Shown here piece after piece: positions 54,001-61,069 of a stretch of DNA of 64,000 nt. Both the position numbers and the translations under genes were made by a program. The number at the start of each line of letters is the position of its first letter. The first letter of the stretch is position 1. Location: the NCBI GenBank assembly GCA_976226885.1, contig OZ320316.1:50592001-50656000 (forward strand). Direction: 5' to 3'. This DNA comes from Iphione sp. A-MEVVRFRX5 (taxonomy: Eukaryota). The notes beneath the pieces are model-generated. The model had not been told where the DNA came from, ran no database searches, and saw only the letters and a program-made list of their open reading frames with translations.

Positions 54001-57000
54001 TTTCTGCTAGATCCTTGTTCAACATTTTTCCACAAAACCACCACAGCTCTGTCCTCGATGACAAAGATGAAAGGGGGGGGGGCATTTTTATGACCACAGT
54101 GATGGTCGACATGTGTTAAATGCATGGACCTTCAATATGTCAAAACTATTGTAAAACAATCATATGATACACAGAATGATTGAAGTTCCTTCATGCTGAG
54201 TAGCTGTGAGAAACCACAGTATATATTGTACCAGTCTGTATCTACTATAGCCACTTTCGCAGCTAACTGCCTCACCATTGCACACCGAGTTACCGTCATA
54301 TGCAGAAGTGAGGCTATTCATCAACGACTGAGAATAACCTCCGTCTAGTCAGGAAGGAAATGTTATGACCAAAATATTTGCATGGCTCTCCTCAAGCTTG
54401 CTCAGTGATGGGGCTCCCTCTACGATCAAGATAATGTTTGGCTCATATGAAGAGCCTTTTTTTATCAAGGACCAGTAGAGGGGGGATGATACAGAAGAGG
54501 ATGACATACAGTTCTGGTATATGCGTTTCTTGACCCAGGATCGAGGGCGTCAATATCATTGGACCAACCAACCACTCTACAGATCACCTAAACAGGGGAT
54601 GATACCACACCTGCTGTATGTACCTGGGACCCCCCAAATGTTGTTCCAGTGTGTATACACCCCATTCTATCCTTTACTGGGATGACGGAAGGAACAATAT
54701 TGAACAGGGCCAAGCTCATGTGGGCCATACTTTCCAATCATGTGGCTGATAGTAGCTGATCCTAGACAGGGAGGACTTTAACTATATAATGTGCATACTT
54801 ATAGTGTTCATTTTAGGTACAGTCAGCCCACATCTACAGGACACCTCGTGACCGAAATTCCTTCATAACTGAACACAATCTAAAAGGGGAAAATTTCATT
54901 GACCATGCTAGAGTTACTTCTCATACAAATATTCTCAACTTAAACAAAGGAGTTTGGTGCTATACAATACCTATAGATTTACTACATTGAACAAAGGGAT
55001 TGACCCCGTGCTCATACTTGACACCTACCCAGGTATGTCCTGCTTCTAGTTCAGTTATAAAGGATGGCCTGATACCTCAGGCGAGAAGTGTGAAGTGGTT
55101 GCCTGGAGACTTCGAAGTTTAATACTGGGCTACTCAGTTTTAGGCAACTAGAAATGAATAAGTGGCCAAAATACTTAACTATTCTGTCTCCAAGGTATCA
55201 ATTTCAATACTTGAACAAACCCCTTTTGTGAGTCCATTTGGAAGAAACACACCCTGTTCAGAGAACGAGGGTTGACTGCATTCATAAGGATTAAAGACTA
55301 TTCTATCAGGCCAACTCATAAAATTACCAAGGGATAGCTATAAACTAATCATTTCTGTAGGGTGTAAACTGCTATTTCTACAGCCATTTACACATTACAA
55401 ATCTGATTAGATTTTACACTGAATTGTATACATTTCTGTTGTTAGTTCTCATTTTACTTGACTAAATACTGAACACAGAGTCCGATGTTAACTATTCCTT
55501 ATTGAATACAAGATGGAAAACAACTGTGCAACAGAATTAGTACCTCGATTTGAACATCCTCAAATGACCACTTTCCAAGGGACACTCCGCTGCTATTGTG
55601 GTCCGACAAAGCTCTCTTACCTCACACCTCCTGACCAGACATGAGTCCTAGCTCTATGCCGTTAATTTGATTAAAACAATACGACCTTTATGAAAGAAAT
55701 GTTCTGTTTCAGGGGACCCCAGGAATGCAAGGAGACACTGGAGTACCGGGAACAGCGGTTTGTCCTGTTCTTTTTAATAAGTGCTCACCTACGTTTACTT
55801 CATAGCTCTCGATATCAGTATGACAACGTGAACAGAGCTTTTGTCTTTAAAAGTGTATTCATCCTGATGTAACAGAAAGGCAATGTACAAACTTTACAAC
55901 TATTAACTAAATGTGCTTTGATCATTCTCCATGTACATGTACATTTAACTGGACTTTTCTTCTTAGGGTTCACCCGGAGAGAAGGGTGAAAGAGGAGAAC
56001 CAGGATCTCGGGGATTGCCGGTAATGGCCTCAATATCCTTATTAAAAACTCAAAATCTTCTGTCCATACTCCATTTGTATATTACGTAGAATGCAGGCCA
56101 TCTATAGAATGTGTTCGATATTACCTGTGTTCACTTTATCATAGATGGCTTGCTTAATTCTAGATATAAACTGTTAAGTCTTTAATAAGGAAGATGTCAT
56201 AATATAAAGAAATACTGAGAGATTGAATGAGTCTTAAGGAGCTACTGAGTAGGATAAAAAACGTTTCCATCAGACGATTTTAGGTAGTCGATATATAACA
56301 AGCATAAGGTGTCATGCTTATGATTAGAGTCTCACCTCCTGTATGTGTTGTCTATGTCTATTCAATGTTGTTTATTTTATTTTCACTGGGAGATCTTAAA
56401 AATGTACTTTGGAGACGTGAACAAATGACTTTTATTTTTACTATTAAATATAGTATAAAAAGTATAAAAGTGAGACCACTGGAGGGACCAACTATTTCTG
56501 CCCTTAGTGGAGGCTCTTATACATGTATATACATGTATGTCATATTGTGCTGGGATAAGAAACATTGCCATTAATTCTGAGTTTTCCTCTTAGTTGTATT
56601 GCCCACAGGATTAGTTGCTGCTGTATGCATATGCAAATGCCACCAATTTTAGCTTTATATGGGCTATTTTTGTTTTACATACATTTATTGTTTTTCTCCC
56701 CACCATTAAGGGCCCAATTGGAGATACTGGTGCTCCTGGTATCCCTGGACTCGGTGGAATCAAGGTAATTGAAAGACGTATACATGTATATGTGAGCGAC
56801 AGAATCACAATTTTGTAAAGGCAGCAATCCGGTATTTAACTTTCTATTTGTGGGTGTATTATGCCTAGATATAAGGTACATGTTTGTTCTCTTTTTACAT
56901 AGATAGACCCTTTATGCAATAGCATCAACTGTAACACAGATGAATCAACCAAAGAGAAACATTTCCTTTCACCGAACGGAAGGAGCTTCTGTGTCACCGA

Positions 57001-60000
57001 ACTTATAGTTTCTACGATATTTTTTGGTCTCTACCAACAATGACATAGACAATTTCGGAATATGATGACCTTTCAAATGTCTAGAGCCTTAACGAACCAG
57101 TCACAAAGAAATTCCAAATTGTCAAGTACATGTGGAAGGGAAGTTAACTAGATTTAAGTCATGTTATGCAGAGAGGATACTATTCAGCGAAACCCACGGA
57201 GTAGCCATTATGAGACCATTCGATCTGTTCTTCGCCTAGGAATTGCACATCATTCATCCAATCATTTTTCTTTAATCTTCACATCTGCTTATTTTTGGAT
57301 GCGGCAGCTGTCAGGAATTTATGTTTATTTTTATATAATCGTAGGGAGAGAGAGGAAGCACTGGTTCCCCGGGCAGAGAAGGGCCGCCAGGGTCGCAAGG
57401 TCTACCTGTAAGTTAATCCACTCTACTCTATATCCAATACTTTATTCAGTCGCGACTCGATTTCCGAACACTCCGTAACAAAAATATGCGATATCTGAAT
57501 AAACTCCCGCGGGAGAAAGTGGTATCAGATTAGTACAGTCAAATGCTACAATACAGACATGTGAACATTACCAGAATTAAGGAGAGTTCAGCAAAGACTA
57601 AATGATGTAAAATCTAATTCATATGAATGGCACAATGTGGACATCACCAGAGATGCAGACAGTTTGGGCGACCGTATTGTGATATGTGCCTGTACTCAAT
57701 ACCGGGTATCAGAATTTATTCAATATCCGCACAAATGTATCCGAAGCGTAGGACATTCGGATATCGATTCTTCACTCAATATGAAGTACATGTACACCTA
57801 TAATTATTCTTTTTAAATAAAACTTAATCGTACTGTATTGTGTTGATGAGCCAATTTTAGTAGGACGCATTGTAAAACGAATATTTGTACAAGATATTTA
57901 TCCTTTGAATCGGTTACAAATATTTATTATTTTGCATGAGTCCACTCGAAAGTGCATCGTCTGTATCTTTTCAGGGACATGTTGGTCCTATCGGTCCACC
58001 TGGAAGCATTGGCCCCATGGGTTTGAGAGGAACACCAGGTTCCCCGGTAAATTTACCGCTGTATCTATACATTGAAGTCTTGTGAGTTTCCACCTGTCAG
58101 CCAACATTAACATAATTTACGACATATTACGACGAGCAAATGTTTTGCATGAGACTATTTCTTTTAATATGTTTACGCTTAATTCTTTTACTTTGTTTGA
58201 AAGGGACCTCCTGGACCTCCGGGGCCACCAGTAAGTATAAAATGCATGTACATGTATGTCGAAATGCAAGGTTTAGTCTATTACATTCTCGGGGAAAAGG
58301 TTCTGTGATATTTTGAGACAATAATCATATCAATTTGAATTTATTTCTTGCTTTCAGGTGATACTGCATATTCTCGCATCTTGATTTCAGGGCACCGGCT
58401 CAGGTGGTGATCAGTACGTCGCACCAGCCTCTCCAAGCAACTATGGCCCACCAGGACCACCGGTAAGGGAATACATGTATCTTTCCACTATATATCGCTA
58501 TCAAGCATTCACTGCAGTTGCTTCTCAGTAGTGGTTTTACTTGAGGATGATTACTGTATGTCAACATTATTGACAAGTGCGTCCCTGTGTGACAGGAACA
58601 TGTTTGTGGGTCTATACCACCCTTTGCAGTAAATACGTTACTACCATCAGGTTTTCATTGTACTTATTGCTCAAAAGGCTGTGCAAGGCTGCTGTGTATG
58701 ACATGTACCTGATATATGTTTGACTATGTGACCAGTGTACTCTAATTTGTCGCAGGTGACTTATCAGCTTAATCCTTGTTGTGTAGGCAATAACTTCTTT
58801 ATACTTGGCATTCTCTACTGCGAATTGATGCCTTTCACTGTTAGAAATTAAAGTAAACATATTTGTATAGGGGAAGGGTGGGTAGTTTGGACCCCCTACC
58901 AAAAATATGCTCTAAAAGCAAAATGTCTAAGCCACTGCCCAAATACCTTGCCTCTTTTGAAGCAATAGGGGCTGTAACATGTTTTAACAAACTGGGGAAA
59001 TTTTAGTTAGATCAGTCTTTAAGTAAAATGGAATTCAAAATTTTTTATGACTGGTACAATTTCCCAACAGGGAGGGTAAATTGGACCAGTTGCCATAGTC
59101 TGCTCAGTTAGGTGTAAAATGAATCTAGATCCTAGAAATGTAAGTCCCATGGACATCAGCATGGCTTGGAAAGATTATGGTCACTATTAGTTGTGATGCC
59201 AATGGACTTTACGGCTTCTTCCATCAAAATATATACAACAGAATGGGACCTGTATTCCTGGGGTATTAGATTCCTTTCCAACCTGTTGCTGCAACTTTAT
59301 AAAATGTGTGTACATGAAATGTTTCACCAAATATTTTAAAAACTCAAAAGATTCATTTAACTTCTCAGGCCTAAAAAGCTCCTTGCACTAATGACAGGAG
59401 CTTTGTTGGTGACCTTCTCAAACACCCAGGCAAATTACCACACATCTACACCAGTTGTCTTGTTATTAAAAGTTAAATTGTTAAAGCCCAAAATAAATAG
59501 ATGAAACCAACAAATGTTTCTCTATTTATCTTTTTTAAATGATGCCTTTCACTTCGATAAAAAGTACTAACAGTAGAAAAGGGTACATCATGGAGTTCCA
59601 CAAACTTGCATTACATTTACTGTCTTAGTTCAAAATAGATTGGCTTCACATGATAGCTCAATGTTGAAACCAAATATGGGTACCACAAGGTTTCTCCAAA
59701 GCCTGTTTAACAGGTAAAAGAAAAGGTAATGGTTGTGTTATTAGATTGGCCTGAGCCAGTTAATTTGACCAGTGGTCCAATATACCCTCCTTATAGTGGT
59801 CCAATTTACCCACATACCAATCTCCAGGGAAAATGGTTTCTGCTCATTTTTGTGTAGACAACAGAGACTAAACTTGGTGTTAGTATTACTTCTGAGTGAG
59901 ACACTATTGATATGAAGTTATGATAGGGATCAGCTCACAACTACATTGCCAAATATAACTGGTAAAATTAGATCAGGGAGATGTAAAACCAATAATGTTC

Positions 60001-61069
60001 CTCAGCTTGGCACATTTTTTTAAGCCACTATATTTTAGTTGTGAGGCATTGTGTAGTTATATCACTTGTTGTTGGATGGTGCTCATATTCCTTCCTTGTC
60101 TAAAAATCAGAGATCTTGATGTGGTCCAATTCACCCACCTGTCCAAATTACCCACCTTTCCTCTATATACATGTACATACTAGTACACATATGATGTACA
60201 CATATGTATGTCGCTGGTGTATTTACGGCAAGAAACATAAGTTTGATAAGTTTTAATGTGTTTTCGAATAAAATACTAAAACTTTCAATAAACAAGCGAC
60301 ACAACCTTCAGGAGTACTTAATAACATTAAAAACAAGTGCTCATAACGAGTTGTCCACGTTTGATAGACTGTTGTCTTATGAAAGTTGATGTTAAACTTT
60401 CAGTAGCGTCCTCAAGCTCGAATTCCGTATAGTTCACTTTAAGCTTCTTAGAAGTCAGACTTTACTGAGTAAAAGTGCAAACGCATATAGGGCCTACCGT
60501 CTCATATTTTGTAATGAAGAATTGTACATTGAAATCGAGTCCAAATGTTACAGGGTCCCGCTGGAGCTATTGGGCCGCCGGGGCAGGTATGTTAACCTTT
60601 GCCAGCACTCTTTTTTTTATGTAAGGTCGTTCGTATTAATCTAACCCCGTTTTTCTATGTTCGCCAGCTGCCTTCAATCCGATACGAATCCACCTGATAT
60701 GACACCGATCTAAATTACGGACACTCACATTGCTTTTTCCGTGTTAGTTCTGGAAATACTTTTCATTTTCGTTGATAACAGTCTTCTCTTAAGTAACGGC
60801 AGGGCTCGAGCTAGCTTTCTGGATCGCTTTGATCCCGATCTTAACAAGAGGTGCCATATCATATCACGACATTAAGTGAGTTCATCCTGCGTCGGAACAC
60901 ATCGTCTGTGTGGTTGTTTCAGCCCGGATCACGAGGTCCGCCCGGCGAGACAGGGCCGGCCGGTCAACCCGGCAGCCCTGGAGTACCTGGTATGTCAGGA
61001 CCGCCAGGCACATCTGGGGAGCGTGGGCTTCGGGGACAACCTGGAATGCCGGGAATGCCTGGATTACCG
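6529..61069 (+). CDS. Multi-exon FACIT-type collagen alpha chain (signal peptide - TSPN/NC4-like domain - Pro/Thr linker - interrupted triple helix); 35 coding exons, 3'-incomplete in window
   Basis: 35 AG/GT-bounded exons join with matching phases into one stop-free frame of 886 codons. TSPN exons give [68 protein letters not shown], resembling the NC4 of vertebrate COL9A1 as recalled. 26 exons encode Gly-X-Y, mostly 54, 63 or 108 bp. Orthology to a specific vertebrate gene is not established. Confidence 0.92.
10441..10531. mobile_element. Decayed Tc1/mariner-type MITE remnant
   Basis: Begins TACAGTCGAACGCCGACTTTGCGACCACCCC, resembling TA-CAGTCRAACC..CGACCACC termini, followed by degenerate GTGGTC..TAGCGAG..GGTC. 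No clean partner TIR was found. Confidence 0.3.
12904..12990 (-). mobile_element. 3' tail of a CR1/L2-type LINE or derived SINE
   Basis: On the - strand CAATAAAC is followed by (TTGAATC)x2-TTGG, the same layout as the tail at 37887. The inner boundary is uncertain. Confidence 0.45.
23626..23679 (+). CDS. Collagen coding exon 2: (Q)[17 protein letters not shown](G)
   Basis: Acceptor TTTTTTTCAG, donor G|GTAAGT, phase 1-1, 54 bp. It supplies the N-terminal Cys and the Gly expected before FDF in a COL9A1-type TSPN domain. Confidence 0.85.
   Translation, partial: SFRRIPKYVLRKVLMTH
24854..25173. mobile_element. MITE, 320 bp, 18-bp TIRs
   Basis: Left GGGGCTGTTCATATGTAC versus right (reverse complement) GGGGCTGCTCATATGTAC, 1 mismatch. 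The internal motif CTCCAGAC(C/T)C(G/A)TAGACATA occurs in about three copies. The target-site duplication (TSD) is imperfect (TAT/TTA). Confidence 0.7.
25976..26324. mobile_element. PIF/Harbinger-like MITE, 349 bp, TAA TSD
   Basis: Left GGCCAAGAAAAAAATAGCTGTGTTTCTGGTAAC versus right (reverse complement) GGCCAAAAAAATAGGTGTGTTTCTGATAAC. TAA flanks both sides (25973-75 and 26325-27). Confidence 0.8.
26382..26956. mobile_element. Possible older Harbinger-like MITE
   Basis: Left GGGCCGATATCCATGT versus right (reverse complement) GGACCAGTTTCCATGT (12/16), with TAA/TTA flanks. The interior is CATG-rich. Confidence 0.35.
28492..28621 (+). CDS. Collagen exon 3, TSPN: (G)[42 protein letters not shown](R)
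   Basis: TTGCAG acceptor, AG|GTGAGC donor, phase 1-2; COL9A1 NC4-like sequence. Confidence 0.93.
28713..28756. repeat. 22-bp tandem duplication
   Basis: TAATGAGACCACTTCAGACAC(T/C) x2. Confidence 0.9.
31862..32093 (+). CDS. Collagen exon 4, TSPN: [19 protein letters not shown]...[13 protein letters not shown]
   Basis: TTTCTTGTAG acceptor, AAG|GTAAGA donor, phase 2-0; FPxGLP..F..TFRM TSPN signature (ORF track 31866..32108). Confidence 0.95.
33499..33666 (+). CDS. Collagen exon 5, TSPN: [26 protein letters not shown]...[11 protein letters not shown]
   Basis: TTGTAG acceptor, CCG|GTAGGT donor, 56 codons; laminin-G LFDxxWHKL and FVDC motifs. Confidence 0.95.
33828..33899 (+). CDS. Collagen exon 6, TSPN end: [24 protein letters not shown]
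   Basis: TTTTTTAACAG acceptor, CCG|GTGAGT donor; matches the FxLQWxxIHCxP..C.E.P end of TSPN domains. Confidence 0.95.
34240..34296 (+). CDS. Collagen exon 7, Pro/Thr linker: [19 protein letters not shown]
   Basis: TGTTTTCAG acceptor, AGG|GTAAGA donor, phase 0-0. Confidence 0.8.
34428..34529 (+). CDS. Collagen exon 8, Pro/Thr linker: [34 protein letters not shown]
   Basis: TTCTTCCAG acceptor, CGG|GTAAGA donor, phase 0-0. Confidence 0.82.
36448..36489 (+). CDS. Collagen exon 9, Pro/Thr linker: [14 protein letters not shown]
   Basis: TTGCAG acceptor, AGG|GTACGT donor, phase 0-0; same composition and terminal Arg as exons 7-8. Confidence 0.75.
36912..36974 (+). CDS. Collagen exon 10: [21 protein letters not shown] (CxxxC and start of helix)
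   Basis: TTTCAAACAG acceptor, ACG|GTTAGT donor, 63 bp, first three Gly-X-Y triplets. Confidence 0.88.
37887..38860 (-). mobile_element. 5'-truncated, degenerate CR1/L2-clade non-LTR retrotransposon (end of RT domain, 3' UTR and repeat tail)
   Basis: The - strand translation reads [41 protein letters not shown], then [13 protein letters not shown]. These are LINE reverse-transcriptase motifs with YADD decayed to YASD and an interrupted frame. The element ends in AATAAAA followed by about 4 copies of a 7-nt unit (TCAGATT on the + strand, 37887-37914). Confidence 0.9.
41382..42558. mobile_element. Harbinger-like non-autonomous DNA element, about 1.18 kb, containing a nested MITE
   Basis: Left GACCCGCTTTCCATGTGTATGGATTTTTTTTC versus right (reverse complement) GGCCCACTTTCCGTGTGTATGGAATTTTTTTTC. 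Flanks are TAA/TTA. Three degenerate about 50-bp internal repeats containing GTGCTGATCT lie at 41542-41690. Confidence 0.7.
41920..42473. mobile_element. Nested Harbinger-like MITE, 554 bp, TAA TSD
   Basis: Left GCCCCCGTTTCCATACCTGCG versus right (reverse complement) GGGCCGGTTTCCTTACATGTG (15/21). TAA lies at 41917-19 and 42474-76. Confidence 0.55.
44131..44226. repeat. CT-rich low-complexity polypyrimidine tract
   Basis: About 95 nt of almost pure C/T with degenerate (CT)n. Confidence 0.9.
44495..44602 (+). CDS. Collagen exon 11 (108 bp, 12 Gly-X-Y: [13 protein letters not shown]...GVPGVS)
   Basis: TCTCAG acceptor, GTGAGT donor, perfect Gly-X-Y. Confidence 0.95.
44952..45005 (+). CDS. Collagen exon 12 (54 bp: [18 protein letters not shown])
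   Basis: AG/GTACGC boundaries, perfect Gly-X-Y. Confidence 0.93.
45217..45270 (+). CDS. Collagen exon 13 (54 bp: [18 protein letters not shown])
   Basis: TAG/GTAAGC boundaries, perfect Gly-X-Y. Confidence 0.93.
45670..45723 (+). CDS. Collagen exon 14 (54 bp: [18 protein letters not shown])
   Basis: GCAG/GTAAAT boundaries, perfect Gly-X-Y. Confidence 0.93.
45895..45957 (+). CDS. Collagen exon 15 (63 bp: [21 protein letters not shown])
   Basis: TTCTTCAG/GTATGT boundaries. Confidence 0.93.
47728..47787 (+). CDS. Collagen exon 16 (60 bp: [20 protein letters not shown])
   Basis: TTTTCAG acceptor at 47727 keeps the frame and adds a 2-residue imperfection. The TAG 7 nt downstream would frameshift. 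Donor GTACCA. Confidence 0.88.
48039..48146 (+). CDS. Collagen exon 17 (108 bp: GIAGPQ...GERGFK)
   Basis: TTTCCAG/GTAAGA boundaries, 12 triplets. Confidence 0.95.
49121..49183 (+). CDS. Collagen exon 18 (63 bp: [21 protein letters not shown])
   Basis: AAG/GTAGGT boundaries, 7 triplets. Confidence 0.92.
49516..49563 (+). CDS. Collagen exon 19 (48 bp: [16 protein letters not shown], helix interruption)
   Basis: TTTCAG acceptor, CCG|GTACGT donor, phase 0-0; two triplets followed by a 10-residue non-collagenous segment. Confidence 0.75.
49841..49894 (+). CDS. Collagen exon 20 (54 bp: [18 protein letters not shown])
   Basis: TAG/GTAAGT boundaries. Confidence 0.93.
50236..50343 (+). CDS. Collagen exon 21 (108 bp: [13 protein letters not shown]...GADGLP)
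   Basis: AACAG/GTAAGT boundaries, 12 triplets. Confidence 0.95.
50981..51046. repeat. (AG)22 microsatellite with a degenerate AGAC/ACAG tail
   Basis: Perfect AG repeat at 50981-51024. Confidence 0.97.
51530..51583 (+). CDS. Collagen exon 22 (54 bp: [18 protein letters not shown])
   Basis: TTGCAG/GTAAGC boundaries. Confidence 0.94.
51955..52008 (+). CDS. Collagen exon 23 (54 bp: [18 protein letters not shown])
   Basis: TCTTTAG/GTAAGC boundaries. Confidence 0.94.
52274..52363. repeat. 90-nt inverted repeat (about 42-bp stem, 5-nt loop)
   Basis: ATGACAGGTCT-GAAGTTTAGTCAC-TC-TGCTC-TC-GGGCTGGGA / CTTCA / TCCCAGCCC-TT-GAGCA-TC-GTGACTAAACTTC-T-AGACCTGTCAT. Confidence 0.9.
52450..52512 (+). CDS. 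Collagen exon 24 (63 bp: [21 protein letters not shown])
   Basis: TTCCACAG/GTAAGT boundaries. Confidence 0.94.
52969..53025 (+). CDS. Collagen exon 25 (57 bp: [19 protein letters not shown], helix interruption)
   Basis: GTCAG/GTGAGT boundaries, phase 0-0. Confidence 0.87.
53549..53656 (+). CDS. Collagen exon 26 (108 bp: GPPGEPGPS...GEEGMP)
   Basis: TTTTCAG/GTAAGT boundaries, 12 triplets. Confidence 0.95.
55713..55757 (+). CDS. Collagen exon 27 (45 bp: [15 protein letters not shown])
   Basis: TGTTTCAG/GTTTGT boundaries, 5 triplets. Confidence 0.9.
55967..56020 (+). CDS. Collagen exon 28 (54 bp: [18 protein letters not shown])
   Basis: TTCTTCTTAG/GTAATG boundaries. Confidence 0.93.
56711..56764 (+). 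CDS. Collagen exon 29 (54 bp: [18 protein letters not shown])
   Basis: TAAG/GTAATT boundaries. Confidence 0.92.
57345..57407 (+). CDS. Collagen exon 30 (63 bp: [21 protein letters not shown])
   Basis: GTAG/GTAAGT boundaries. Confidence 0.93.
57457..57767. mobile_element. Degenerate inverted-repeat element (possible old MITE)
   Basis: TCGATTTCCGAA...TGCGATATCTGAATAAA on the left is mirrored by TTTATTCAATATCCGCA...TTCGGATATCGA on the right. No clear TSD. Confidence 0.35.
57975..58046 (+). CDS. Collagen exon 31 (72 bp: [24 protein letters not shown])
   Basis: TTTTCAG/GTAAAT boundaries. Confidence 0.93.
58204..58230 (+). CDS. Collagen exon 32 (27 bp: GPPGPPGPP)
   Basis: AAG/GTAAGT boundaries, three GPP triplets. 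Confidence 0.88.
58391..58462 (+). CDS. Collagen exon 33 (72 bp: [24 protein letters not shown], helix interruption)
   Basis: TTTCAG/GTAAGG boundaries, phase 0-0. Confidence 0.87.
58868..60165. mobile_element. TA-flanked non-autonomous DNA transposon (Tc1/mariner-pogo-like), about 1.3 kb
   Basis: Left TAGGGGAAGGGTGGGTAGTTTGGAC versus right (reverse complement) TAGAGGAAAGGTGGGTAATTTGGAC (22/25), with TA on both flanks. GGGTAAATTGGAC-like subterminal motifs lie at about 59074 (+) and 59772, 59796, 60121 (-). No transposase ORF. Confidence 0.8.
60554..60586 (+). CDS. Collagen exon 34 (33 bp: [11 protein letters not shown])
   Basis: TTACAG/GTATGT boundaries; the last triplet is completed by the next exon. 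Confidence 0.88.
60923..61069 (+). CDS. Collagen exon 35 (147 bp: [10 protein letters not shown]...GMPGLP)
   Basis: TGTTTCAG/GTGAGT boundaries; Pro plus 16 triplets. It is the last exon found in the window. Confidence 0.95.

Noticed and set aside
44882-56808. - strand ORFs containing PG/GP repeats (44882, 47724, 53545, 56611 and others)
   Set aside because: These are reverse-complement readings of Gly-X-Y exons, not a second collagen gene.
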